A DNA stretch of 64,000 nt, taken from assembly GCA_003510435.1 (NCBI GenBank), contig DOMK01000013.1, positions 12,135-76,134 on the forward strand. The letters run 5' to 3'. The position numbers were made by a program, and so were the translations under genes. The notes below the pieces were generated by a model. It was not told where the DNA came from, ran no database searches, and saw only the letters and a program-made list of their open reading frames with translations. The DNA is from Candidatus Magasanikiibacteriota bacterium. GTDB taxonomy: Bacteria; Patescibacteriota; Patescibacteriia; Magasanikbacterales; UBA922. How positions within the stretch are numbered: position 1 is the first letter of the stretch; each line of letters opens with the position of its first letter. Shown here piece after piece: positions 9,536 through 17,384 of this stretch.

Positions 9536-12136
9536 CTACTCCAAATGTACTCCATCTTCCCAATCCCTCACTTTACTTACAAGTGAAGGATTTTTTTTGA
9601 AGTCAATTCCTCGTGCCAAATCACGTGATAATTTTATCAAATCCATATCCTGCATGGTGGCGAGTTTAAAAGGTGGTAGACCACTCTGGCTTGTGCCATA
9701 AACTTCACCCGGGCCACGAGTTTGGAGATCATACTCAGCAATTTTAAAACCATCAGTATTTTGAGAAAAAAATTGCAATCGTGCCAAAGATTTTTCATTG
9801 TCAGTGTCAGTAAATAAAAAACAATATGATTGATGTAAAGCTCTACCCACCCGACCACGGAATTGATGGAGCTGGGCCAAGCCAAACCTGTCTGCGCCTT
9901 CTATCATCATCACGACAGCATTAGGAATATTTACTCCCACTTCTACGACTGATGTGGAAACTAGTATATCTATTTTTCCACTCGCAAAATCAGCCATAGT
10001 GTTTTCTTTTTCATTTGGCTTTAATTTGCCATGTAAATAACCAACACGTAAATCTTTAAATATCTCCTCAGATAATTTTTTATATTCACTCATTACACTT
10101 TTTTTATCTAAGGAGTAAGGAATAAGGAGTAAGGAATTATTATCAACAAAATCATCATCACTTTTTCCTTTTTCCTTTTTCCTTTTTCCTTCATCAATCA
10201 ACGGACATATCACAAACACCTGTCTCCCCTGTTTAACTTGTGAACGAATAAAATCATAGGCCTTGTTTCTATTTTCACTATCTACCACTCTAGTATCAAT
10301 TGCTTTTCTACCCACTGGCATTTCATTAATAATAGATAAATCCAAATCACCATACAAAGTAAGAGCAAAGGATCTGGGAATCGGGGTCGCAGTCATAGAC
10401 AACAAGTGAGGCCTCATTGCTGACTGACGCAGACTAGACGCAGACTCATTATTACCACGGGCAATATCATAAACAATTCTTTGAATATCCACGCTCTCGT
10501 GAGAAAAATTTATTAACAAAGCCAACTTATACAGTGATCCTTTTAAATATGTCCAAACCTGTCTATTTTCTCTACTACCAACAAACGGAAGGGCTTTTAA
10601 TTCAATGATAATTTTATCTTCAACCACAAAATCTGGACGATAAATTCCTATTTTTTTATTTTCATATTTTATATCTAATACTTTTTCTTTTTCAAATTTT
10701 ATTCCTTCTTTTTTAAATTCCTCTTCCAATGCATTTTGATAAATTACTTCTTTATGTCCTAAACCTAAATTCTTTTTAACATTAAAAATACATCCTCTTA
10801 TTTTGTAAGTCAAATCTTTATATAAAAATCCACTTTTACTTTCCTTCTCCTGTTGTTCTTCCTCTTCTGCGTCGTCTGCGTAAGTCTGCGTAAGTCTGCG
10901 TCGTTGTTCTACTCCGAATCGATGTTGTTCATCTATAATTACTAAACCTAAATTTTTAAACTGTACTTTTTCTGATAATAGAGCGTGGGTTCCAATAATC
11001 AAGTTTATTTGCCCAGTTTTAATTTGTTTAAGTAAATCTTTTTTAATCAAAATACTAGAAGATCGGTGATCACTGATCACTGATTGAGAACGTGTCAACA
11101 GCGCTATTTTAACTTTATCTTCCAACAGCTTTGTCAGCGAATCAAAATGTTGCACGGCCAATATCTCGGTCGGCGCCATTATCACTGCTTGATAATTATT
11201 CAAAACTGTATTATAAAGCGCCATCGCTGCCACGACAGTTTTTCCACTTCCCACATCACCTTCTAACAATCGATTCATAGGTTCATTTTTTTCCAAATCA
11301 CGCAAAATATCCCAAGCCGACACTTTTTGGGCTTTGGTAAGCTGAAAAGGTAAAGAACTAACAAACTCTTTTATTTTTTCTTGCTGAAATTTTATTTCCC
11401 AAGCTTTTGATCGTTTCAAAGATTGACGAATCATTTCCGCGCGTAATTGTAAAATAAATAGTTCTCCAAATTTCAAACGCTTTTTTGCTTGATTTAAGTC
11501 TATTTCATCTATTGGAAAATGGATACCACGCACCGCTTCGGCCAGATAAATCAAATCTGCTTTTTCTAAAATTTCATCTGGTATCCATTCTTTTAGTAAA
11601 TCATGAGTCAAATAAATTATTTGACTAACTAAAAACCTTAATTGTTTATTAGTAACTCCAGTCGTGAGATGATAAATTGGGACAATCCTGGCAGTATGGG
11701 TAGTGTTTTTTTCTCCCAAAGCTTTTTGTTTGGTTTCTTTTTCATAAGACGGCGATGCCATTTGTTTGCCTAGTTTTCCAATTGATAATTTGCCTGATAG
11801 ATAAACTGTATCACCAGGTTTAAAATTCCGAGTAATAAAAGGCTGGCCAAACCAAACAATTTTTAATTTTCCAGTTTCATCATAAACAATCGCCTCTGTC
11901 ATAATTGTTCGTCTTTTAAAAATCCGCCGATTGGAAATAATCTCTATTTTCGCTTTAATTGTCACTTCTTCCCCTACTTCCAAATCAGCAATATTCTTGG
12001 TACTACTATAATCTTGATAGCGAAAAGGTAAATAAAACAACAAATCCTGAATAGTATTTATACCAAGATTTTTTAAATGCCTTTCCATCTTTTTGGCAAT
12101 ATGGTTGATTTGTCCAATAAGTGTGTCTAATTGCAT
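9536..12136 (-). CDS. recG: ATP-dependent DNA helicase RecG carrying an in-frame PD-(D/E)XK (GxxExxY-type) domain insertion
   Basis: 866 aa. Walker A GSGKT, DEQH box, MTATPIPR motif III and an N-terminal wedge region. About 165 extra aa lie between DEQH and motif III. Confidence 0.85.
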   Translation of the reverse strand: MQLDTLIGQINHIAKKMERHLKNLGINTIQDLLFYLPFRYQDYSSTKNIADLEVGEEVTIKAKIEIISNRRIFKRRTIMTEAIVYDETGKLKIVWFGQPFITRNFKPGDTVYLSGKLSIGKLGKQMASPSYEKETKQKALGEKNTTHTARIVPIYHLTTGVTNKQLRFLVSQIIYLTHDLLKEWIPDEILEKADLIYLAEAVRGIHFPIDEIDLNQAKKRLKFGELFILQLRAEMIRQSLKRSKAWEIKFQQEKIKEFVSSLPFQLTKAQKVSAWDILRDLEKNEPMNRLLEGDVGSGKTVVAAMALYNTVLNNYQAVIMAPTEILAVQHFDSLTKLLEDKVKIALLTRSQSVISDHRSSSILIKKDLLKQIKTGQINLIIGTHALLSEKVQFKNLGLVIIDEQHRFGVEQRRRLTQTYADDAEEEEQQEKESKSGFLYKDLTYKIRGCIFNVKKNLGLGHKEVIYQNALEEEFKKEGIKFEKEKVLDIKYENKKIGIYRPDFVVEDKIIIELKALPFVGSRENRQVWTYLKGSLYKLALLINFSHESVDIQRIVYDIARGNNESASSLRQSAMRPHLLSMTATPIPRSFALTLYGDLDLSIINEMPVGRKAIDTRVVDSENRNKAYDFIRSQVKQGRQVFVICPLIDEGKRKKEKGKSDDDFVDNNSLLLIPYSLDKKSVMSEYKKLSEEIFKDLRVGYLHGKLKPNEKENTMADFASGKIDILVSTSVVEVGVNIPNAVVMMIEGADRFGLAQLHQFRGRVGRALHQSYCFLFTDTDNEKSLARLQFFSQNTDGFKIAEYDLQTRGPGEVYGTSQSGLPPFKLATMQDMDLIKLSRDLARGIDFKKNPSLVSKVRDWEDGVHLE

Positions 12137-12180
12137 GCTGATATTTTAACACAAAACTCCCCAATTGGGGAGTTTATTTG

Positions 12181-12252
12181 TGCACTCGGCAAGAATCGAA
12201 CTTGCATTATCAGATCCGCAATCTGATGTCCTATCCATTGAACGACGAGTGC
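12181..12252 (-). tRNA. tRNA-Arg (anticodon read as GCG; an ACG/CCG misread is possible)
   Basis: 72-nt cloverleaf. 7-bp acceptor stem GCACTCG/CGAGTGC, T-loop TTCGATT, anticodon loop TTGCGGA, discriminator A. CCA is not encoded. A hairpin plus T-run follows the 3' end. Confidence 0.7.
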
Positions 12253-12489
12253 GTGTTTTTATTTAAAAATATTTTTACTTTTTTATTATATACGTTTCTC
12301 ACATCCTCTCGCCCCGTAAAGAACCCACAAGGTTCTTTTTTCGGGGTCCATTGAACGACGAGTGCTTAGATTTAAAAACGAAAATATTATAGTATAAATA
12401 ACTGGATAAGTCAAGTACAAAAGATCTAACCAAAACCACCTGAAAGGTGGTTATTTGTATTTTGTTACGTGTCTCGTGTATCGTGTTTA

Positions 12490-12993
12490 TTAGTGTATTT
12501 GCCAATTCCTTGCCATTCTATCACTTATTGGTTCATCTTCCTTTTCTGTGTCCTCTATTAAAAATTCTTTTAAACTAAATTTTATTTCCATTGGATCCAT
12601 GTCCAATAAAGGGATACTTATTAATGGCCGAAGAGCTGATTTTGTTTCCAAAAACAAAGTCTTTACTTCTGGGGGCTGATAAATAAGATAAAAACTACTA
12701 AATTCTGAATAACTATAAAACCGATTACCTAAAATTATACCCAACTCAGTGATTTGAAATAAAACTTGTGGTGGTACTTGGTGTGATTGTAAAAACAAAA
12801 TAATTGCCACCAAAACAATAATTAAAGAAAATAAAAAATTACCACTAATTATTCCATAAATTACTAAACCTAAACCCAAAAGTATCATCACCACATACCA
12901 AATCATCCCTCTATCATGCTGTTCATATTCTTGGATAGTCCACTTGTGTAATATATCTCCAATCAATGTATTTTCTGTAATTTTTTCTGGCAT
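12490..12993 (-). CDS. hypothetical small membrane protein
   Basis: Two or three predicted TM helices. The tabulated ORF extends to 13056 with a GTG inside tRNA-Val, so an internal Met start was chosen. Confidence 0.35.
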   Translation of the reverse strand: MPEKITENTLIGDILHKWTIQEYEQHDRGMIWYVVMILLGLGLVIYGIISGNFLFSLIIVLVAIILFLQSHQVPPQVLFQITELGIILGNRFYSYSEFSSFYLIYQPPEVKTLFLETKSALRPLISIPLLDMDPMEIKFSLKEFLIEDTEKEDEPISDRMARNWQIH

Positions 12994-13046
12994 ATAATTA
13001 ATTTTATAATTATAGACAAATTCTGATAAAATCAAAATTAATATTT

Positions 13047-13123
13047 TGGTAGCCACTACTGGGTTCGAACCAGTGACCCCTGCAATGTGAATGCAATGCT
13101 CTAGCCAACTGAGCTAAGTGGCC
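13047..13123 (-). tRNA. tRNA-Val (anticodon CAC)
   Basis: 77 nt including an encoded CCA. Acceptor GGCCACT/AGTGGCT, D-loop AGTTGGCTA, anticodon loop TTCACAT, T-loop TTCGAAC. Confidence 0.75.
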
Positions 13124-13272
13124 ATGACTAAAAGGTCTGACCTTCCCGATGTAAAATCGGGACGCTCTATAACCTCCGCCAAAGGCGGATCAGCCTATGG
13201 CTGAAACTGCCTGTCCGTCCGAAGTCCTCCGTAGCTTTAGCGAAGGAGGACGAAGGCGGAAGCTACAGATCC

Positions 13273-13281
13273 ATTATAGCA
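13273..13281 (-). promoter_or_regulatory. extended -10 promoter (TGcTATAAT) for a ~145-nt structured leader plus tRNA-Val
   Basis: The minus strand reads gtgcTATAATgg about 150 nt 5' of tRNA-Val. No good -35 box was found. Confidence 0.4.
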
Positions 13282-13364
13282 CAATTTTAACATAAAAACA
13301 CTCCAAAGGCAAATTAATCAACAACCATTGCCAAAAACCATAATTTACCTTATAATATCACTAT

Positions 13365-14795
13365 ATGAACGCCGAACACATAAATCTTTTACCCCAAGAA
13401 CCCTTATCACAAAATTATTCCCCTAAAAAACCCAAACGGTTTATTTTTTTAATTATTCTATTAAGCATACTATTGGTTGGTGGCTGTATTACCAAGGCAA
13501 TTATTGGTGAATATACCCCCGAAGATCCTAATAAATATGACCCTATAACTTTAGAACCGAAATCACCCGATGGATTATTTAAAAAGATTAGCTATTTTGT
13601 CTTTAGCAAAGAAAATGAACTTGATGGCTACAATGATGACCGAATTAATTTACTTCTCTTAGGTATGGGTGGACTAGGCCACGATGGCCCTTTCTTAACC
13701 GACACCAATATAATCGCCAGCATCAAACCATCAACTGGTCAAATTGCCATGATCTCAATCCCCCGCGATTTGAAAGTAAAAATTCCTGGACATGACTGGA
13801 ACAAAATTAATTCTGCTAATGCTTTTGGTGAAACAGAAAAAAGTGGCTATGGGGCAGAATTTGCCAGGCAAATAGTTGAAGATACTTTTGATTTACCAAT
13901 TCAATATTATGCCCGAGTAGATTTTGCAGCTTTTGCAGAAATAATCAATGAAATCGGTGGTGTAACTATAAATGTTGAACAATCATTTGCTGATCATATG
14001 TATCCAGCGGAAAATTATGAATACCAAACTGTAGAATTTTCTAAAGGTATCCAAACTATGGACGGAGATATGGCTTTAAAATTTGTCCGTTCTAGACATG
14101 GTAATAATGGTGAGGGTTCGGATTTTGCTCGTGCTCGTCGTCAACAAAAAGTTTTATCAGCCTTAAAAGAAAAAGTTTTATCATTTAGCACATTACTAAA
14201 CCCAATAAAAATAAACAATATAAAAAATAGTTTGGAAAAACACATTACCACCAACATGAACTTTGCCGACATAATGTCTTTTTTCAAATTAATAAAAGAA
14301 CTAGATACAAACAATATTACCAACTTAGTATTGGATGACAGTCCAGACAATTATTTACAAAATGGGTACACTGCCAACGGAGCTTTTATTTTGGAACCAA
14401 AAACAGGAGATTTTAAAAGCATTAACAACTTAATAAAAAATATTTTTGACCCAAATAAAATCACAAAAGATAATACTCCCCAACAACTGGAACCACCAAT
14501 CATGCAACCAACTAATATTGAAATTCAAAATGGCACTTGGAGTGTGGGTATGGCCGCTAGAATGAAAAAAAGATTAGAAGATAAAAATTTTAGTATCACT
14601 ACCGTTGGTAATACTACAGAAAAACCCCAAACATACAGCGGAATATTCAAAACTTCTGATAAAGACACCTCTGGTATTACCCAAGCCTTACAACAAGAAC
14701 TTCATATTCCAATTAAACAAACCTTACCTGCCAATATCCAACCCACGTCTACATCTGATATATTAATTTTATTAGGAGATGATTTAGAAGAATAA
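13365..14795 (+). CDS. LytR-CpsA-Psr (LCP) family cell-envelope protein
   Basis: 476 aa. N-terminal TM helix, then an LCP core (RINLLLLGMGG, DTNIIASI, ISIPRDL) and a C-terminal LytR_C-like region. Confidence 0.75.
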   Translation: MNAEHINLLPQEPLSQNYSPKKPKRFIFLIILLSILLVGGCITKAIIGEYTPEDPNKYDPITLEPKSPDGLFKKISYFVFSKENELDGYNDDRINLLLLGMGGLGHDGPFLTDTNIIASIKPSTGQIAMISIPRDLKVKIPGHDWNKINSANAFGETEKSGYGAEFARQIVEDTFDLPIQYYARVDFAAFAEIINEIGGVTINVEQSFADHMYPAENYEYQTVEFSKGIQTMDGDMALKFVRSRHGNNGEGSDFARARRQQKVLSALKEKVLSFSTLLNPIKINNIKNSLEKHITTNMNFADIMSFFKLIKELDTNNITNLVLDDSPDNYLQNGYTANGAFILEPKTGDFKSINNLIKNIFDPNKITKDNTPQQLEPPIMQPTNIEIQNGTWSVGMAARMKKRLEDKNFSITTVGNTTEKPQTYSGIFKTSDKDTSGITQALQQELHIPIKQTLPANIQPTSTSDILILLGDDLEE

Positions 14796-14799
14796 TAAT

Positions 14800-16200
14800 A
14801 TGACTACACCAGCCAAAATTGATTTACAAAAATTACCCGTGATCGCCCTCGTCGGTAGAGTTAATGTCGGCAAATCAACTCTTTTTAATAAACTAATTGA
14901 AAGTAACAAAGCCATTGTCTCCGATGTCCCTGGAACTACCAGAACCAATAATGAAGGCACAATTCTTTGGCGCGGAAAATATATAAAAATAATTGACACT
15001 GGTGGTCTCACTTTTGAAGATGATATTCCTCTAGAAGAAGACATTGTGATCCAAAGTGAACGGGCCATGAAAGAAGCAGATATTATACTTTTTATAGCTG
15101 ATGTTGAAGATGGCATCTTACCCCAAGAAAGAGAACTGGCCAAAAGAATGCGTCGAATAATTACCAAACCAGTAATCCTCGTGGCCAACAAAGTGGATAG
15201 TGAAAAAAAAGCTATAAATTTGAATGAGCCAGAATGGATGAAACTGGGTTTAGGTGAACCTTTTTCTATTTCAGCGGCCAATGGCAGAAACACCGGCGAC
15301 CTTTTGGATTATATATACAAAATTTTAGGAAAAATAAAAATTACTCCAAAAAAATTATCTCAAACCAAAGACAGACCAATTGATGTCAGCATTATTGGCA
15401 AACCAAATGTTGGTAAATCTTCTTTATTCAATAAATTAATTGGCCAAGAAAAAGTTATTGTCAATCCAATGGCTCACACCACGCGCGAACCACACGATAC
15501 TTTAGTAGATTATGAATATAAAGTAGGGGCAAAGCTCGTAAACCAAAAAATAAATTTTATTGATACCGCTGGTATAAGAAGAAAAGCCAAAGTAAGTGGC
15601 AAACTAGAAAAAGAAGGCATTAGTAAGAGTATCCAATCAGCCGAACAATCTGACATTATTCTTTTGATAATAGATGGGGCAGAAATTATTTCCTCTCAAG
15701 ATATGCAATTGGCCGGATTACTAGAAAAAAGATCCAAAAGCGTTATAATAATAGTAAATAAATGGGACTTGGCCGAAGATAATTCTGAAACCGCACGTAA
15801 TAAAGTAAAAAGAATGGTTTATTCATTTTTCCCTCATCTAGATTTTGCTCCCATGGTTTTTACTAGTGGCAAAACAGGCTATCGCGTTCATGATATTTTT
15901 CCACTATTAATTCAGGCTTGGAATGCCAGACAAACTTCTATCCCCAATCCTGTTTTGGATAAATTTATTCAAACTGTTCAAGCGACCCACCTACCATCAC
16001 GTGGTAAGGGTACCAGACAACCTACTCTACTGGGTATGACTCAAGTGAATATTGCTCCACCAGTTTTTCAAATTATTGTAAAATATAGAACATCTCTGCA
16101 CCGGTCTTATCTAAATTTTGTAGAAAACAAATTAAGGGAGCAATTTAATTTCTTTGCCTGCCCAATTGTGATAAAATTAAGTAAGAGTAAAAAAGTATAA
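14800..16200 (+). CDS. der: ribosome-biogenesis GTPase Der (EngA)
   Basis: 466 aa. Tandem GTPase domains (GRVNVGKSTLFN and GKPNVGKSSLFN, each with DTAG) plus a C-terminal KH-like domain. Confidence 0.9.
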   Translation: MTTPAKIDLQKLPVIALVGRVNVGKSTLFNKLIESNKAIVSDVPGTTRTNNEGTILWRGKYIKIIDTGGLTFEDDIPLEEDIVIQSERAMKEADIILFIADVEDGILPQERELAKRMRRIITKPVILVANKVDSEKKAINLNEPEWMKLGLGEPFSISAANGRNTGDLLDYIYKILGKIKITPKKLSQTKDRPIDVSIIGKPNVGKSSLFNKLIGQEKVIVNPMAHTTREPHDTLVDYEYKVGAKLVNQKINFIDTAGIRRKAKVSGKLEKEGISKSIQSAEQSDIILLIIDGAEIISSQDMQLAGLLEKRSKSVIIIVNKWDLAEDNSETARNKVKRMVYSFFPHLDFAPMVFTSGKTGYRVHDIFPLLIQAWNARQTSIPNPVLDKFIQTVQATHLPSRGKGTRQPTLLGMTQVNIAPPVFQIIVKYRTSLHRSYLNFVENKLREQFNFFACPIVIKLSKSKKV

Positions 16201-16245
16201 AATAATACTAATAATAAATACGAATTATACTGATGCTATACAAAT

Positions 16246-16647
16246 ATGAATAATACTGGAGAAAAATTAATTTATCCGGATTTATCTTATAAAATAAATG
16301 GAATCCTCTTTGCCACCCATAATGAATTAGGCCCCTATGCCAGAGAAAAACAAATTGGTGATGTAATAGAAAAATTATTAAAAGAACAAGAAATACCCTA
16401 CCTCAGAGAATGTCAAATTGGCAATAGCGGAAATGTATTGGACTTTATTATAGATAATAAAATTATTCTTGAACTAAAATCAAAACGTTTTATAATAAGA
16501 GCAGATTATGAACAAACACAAAGGTATCTGCAAGCCACCCAGCTTAAACTTGCGATCTTAGTCAATTTTAGGACACAATATCTTAAACCAATCAGGATAG
16601 TAAAAATAGATACTCAATTTAAAGAAAAATTCATAAAAAAATATTAG
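16246..16647 (+). CDS. PD-(D/E)XK nuclease-like protein of the GxxExxY type; paralogue of the recG insert
   Basis: 133 aa with a D..ELK core (DFIIDNKIILELK). It aligns along its length with the domain inserted in RecG (for example YKINGILF~YKIRGCIF and LAILVNF~LALLINF). It is bracketed by inverted repeats. Confidence 0.55.
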   Translation: MNNTGEKLIYPDLSYKINGILFATHNELGPYAREKQIGDVIEKLLKEQEIPYLRECQIGNSGNVLDFIIDNKIILELKSKRFIIRADYEQTQRYLQATQLKLAILVNFRTQYLKPIRIVKIDTQFKEKFIKKY

Positions 16648-16686
16648 TATAGCATCAGTATTATTAGTATAAATTAGTATATTAGT
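16648..16686. repeat. 39-bp A/T-rich repeat (tatagcatcagtattattagtat...attagt), copy 1, directly upstream of pth
   Basis: Near-identical to 17340-17380. Its core ctgatgctatac also occurs inverted at 16226-16241, upstream of the GxxExxY gene. Confidence 0.7.
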
Positions 16687-17226
16687 ATGAAACTAATCAT
16701 CGGCCTAGGCAATCCAGGCAAACAATACCAAAAAACCCGTCATAATATTGGTTTTATGGTTCTTGATGTTTTATTAGAAAAATTAGCGTCTGAAGCCAAA
16801 TGGGAATTGTCAAAAAAATTCAATGCCGAAATCTGTGAACTAAATTTTAATAACAACAAAATTATTCTCGCCAAACCCATGACCTTTATGAATGCTTCAG
16901 GCGAAGCTACTCAACTAATCACTCACTTTTACAAACTGACTCACGAAGATCTAATTGTAATTCATGATGACAAAGATTTGAAACTTGGTGATATTCGTGT
17001 TCAAACCGACAGATCCGATGCCGGCCACAATGGTATCAAATCGATTATTCAACACTTGGGTACACAAAATTTTACCAGAGTAAGAATTGGTATTGCTAGT
17101 GCCAATGAAAAAAAGATGAAAGATACGGCTGATTTCGTTTTAGGAAAATTCGGCCTTTTAGAAAAAAAAAAGGTGCAAGAAATAATAAACAAAAGTATTG
17201 AAGAAATAAAGACATTAATCATGTAA
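16687..17226 (+). CDS. pth: peptidyl-tRNA hydrolase
   Basis: 179 aa. N-terminal GLGNPG..Y..TRHNIGF signature and a conserved HDD region. Confidence 0.9.
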   Translation: MKLIIGLGNPGKQYQKTRHNIGFMVLDVLLEKLASEAKWELSKKFNAEICELNFNNNKIILAKPMTFMNASGEATQLITHFYKLTHEDLIVIHDDKDLKLGDIRVQTDRSDAGHNGIKSIIQHLGTQNFTRVRIGIASANEKKMKDTADFVLGKFGLLEKKKVQEIINKSIEEIKTLIM

Positions 17227-17339
17227 CATATATCACTTATCACATAACAAATTTAAAATCAAAATCCGCTGGTTAGACGGATTTTATTTTTTCCTTACAT
17301 GCTTTCTAAAAACCAATTTTTATGCTATTATAATATTCG

Positions 17340-17380
17340 TATAGCATCAGTATTATTAGTATTAATTCGTATATTAGCAT
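17340..17380. repeat. copy 2 of the 39-41 bp repeat, directly upstream of dprA
   Basis: gtatagcatcagtattattagtattaattcgtatattagcat matches 16648-16686 with a few substitutions. Confidence 0.7.
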
Positions 17381-17384
17381 CGAA

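Noticed and set aside
10411-10903. Intein in RecG
   Set aside because: The insert lacks an N-terminal Cys/Ser and a C-terminal His-Asn followed by Cys/Ser/Thr. No intein blocks (A, B, F, G) were recognised. It is better explained as a PD-(D/E)XK domain insertion.
12299-12505. 68-aa minus-strand ORF next to tRNA-Arg
   Set aside because: It covers the duplicated tRNA fragment and a hairpin, with no RBS. Likely spurious.
13124-13290. SRP RNA, tmRNA, RNase P RNA or 6S RNA in the GC-rich structured segments (13124-13290, 23170-23420, 25992-26198, 41525-41790)
   Set aside because: No signature motifs were found: no SRP domain IV GGAA tetraloop context, no tmRNA tag reading frame or tRNA-like end, no RNase P P4 sequence. 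Identity is left open rather than assigned.
12137-13364. Integrated prophage or genomic island at the tRNA-Arg/tRNA-Val locus
   Set aside because: A partial tRNA duplication exists, but there is no integrase, no phage-like ORFs, and only one small membrane-protein ORF between the tRNAs. At most this is an old scar.
16226-16690. Classical IS element or transposon carrying the GxxExxY gene
   Set aside because: No transposase ORF is present. The inverted-repeat sequences differ from those at the RecG copy, so a transposase-recognised IS family is not supported. It is reported as an IR-flanked mini-element of unknown mobility.
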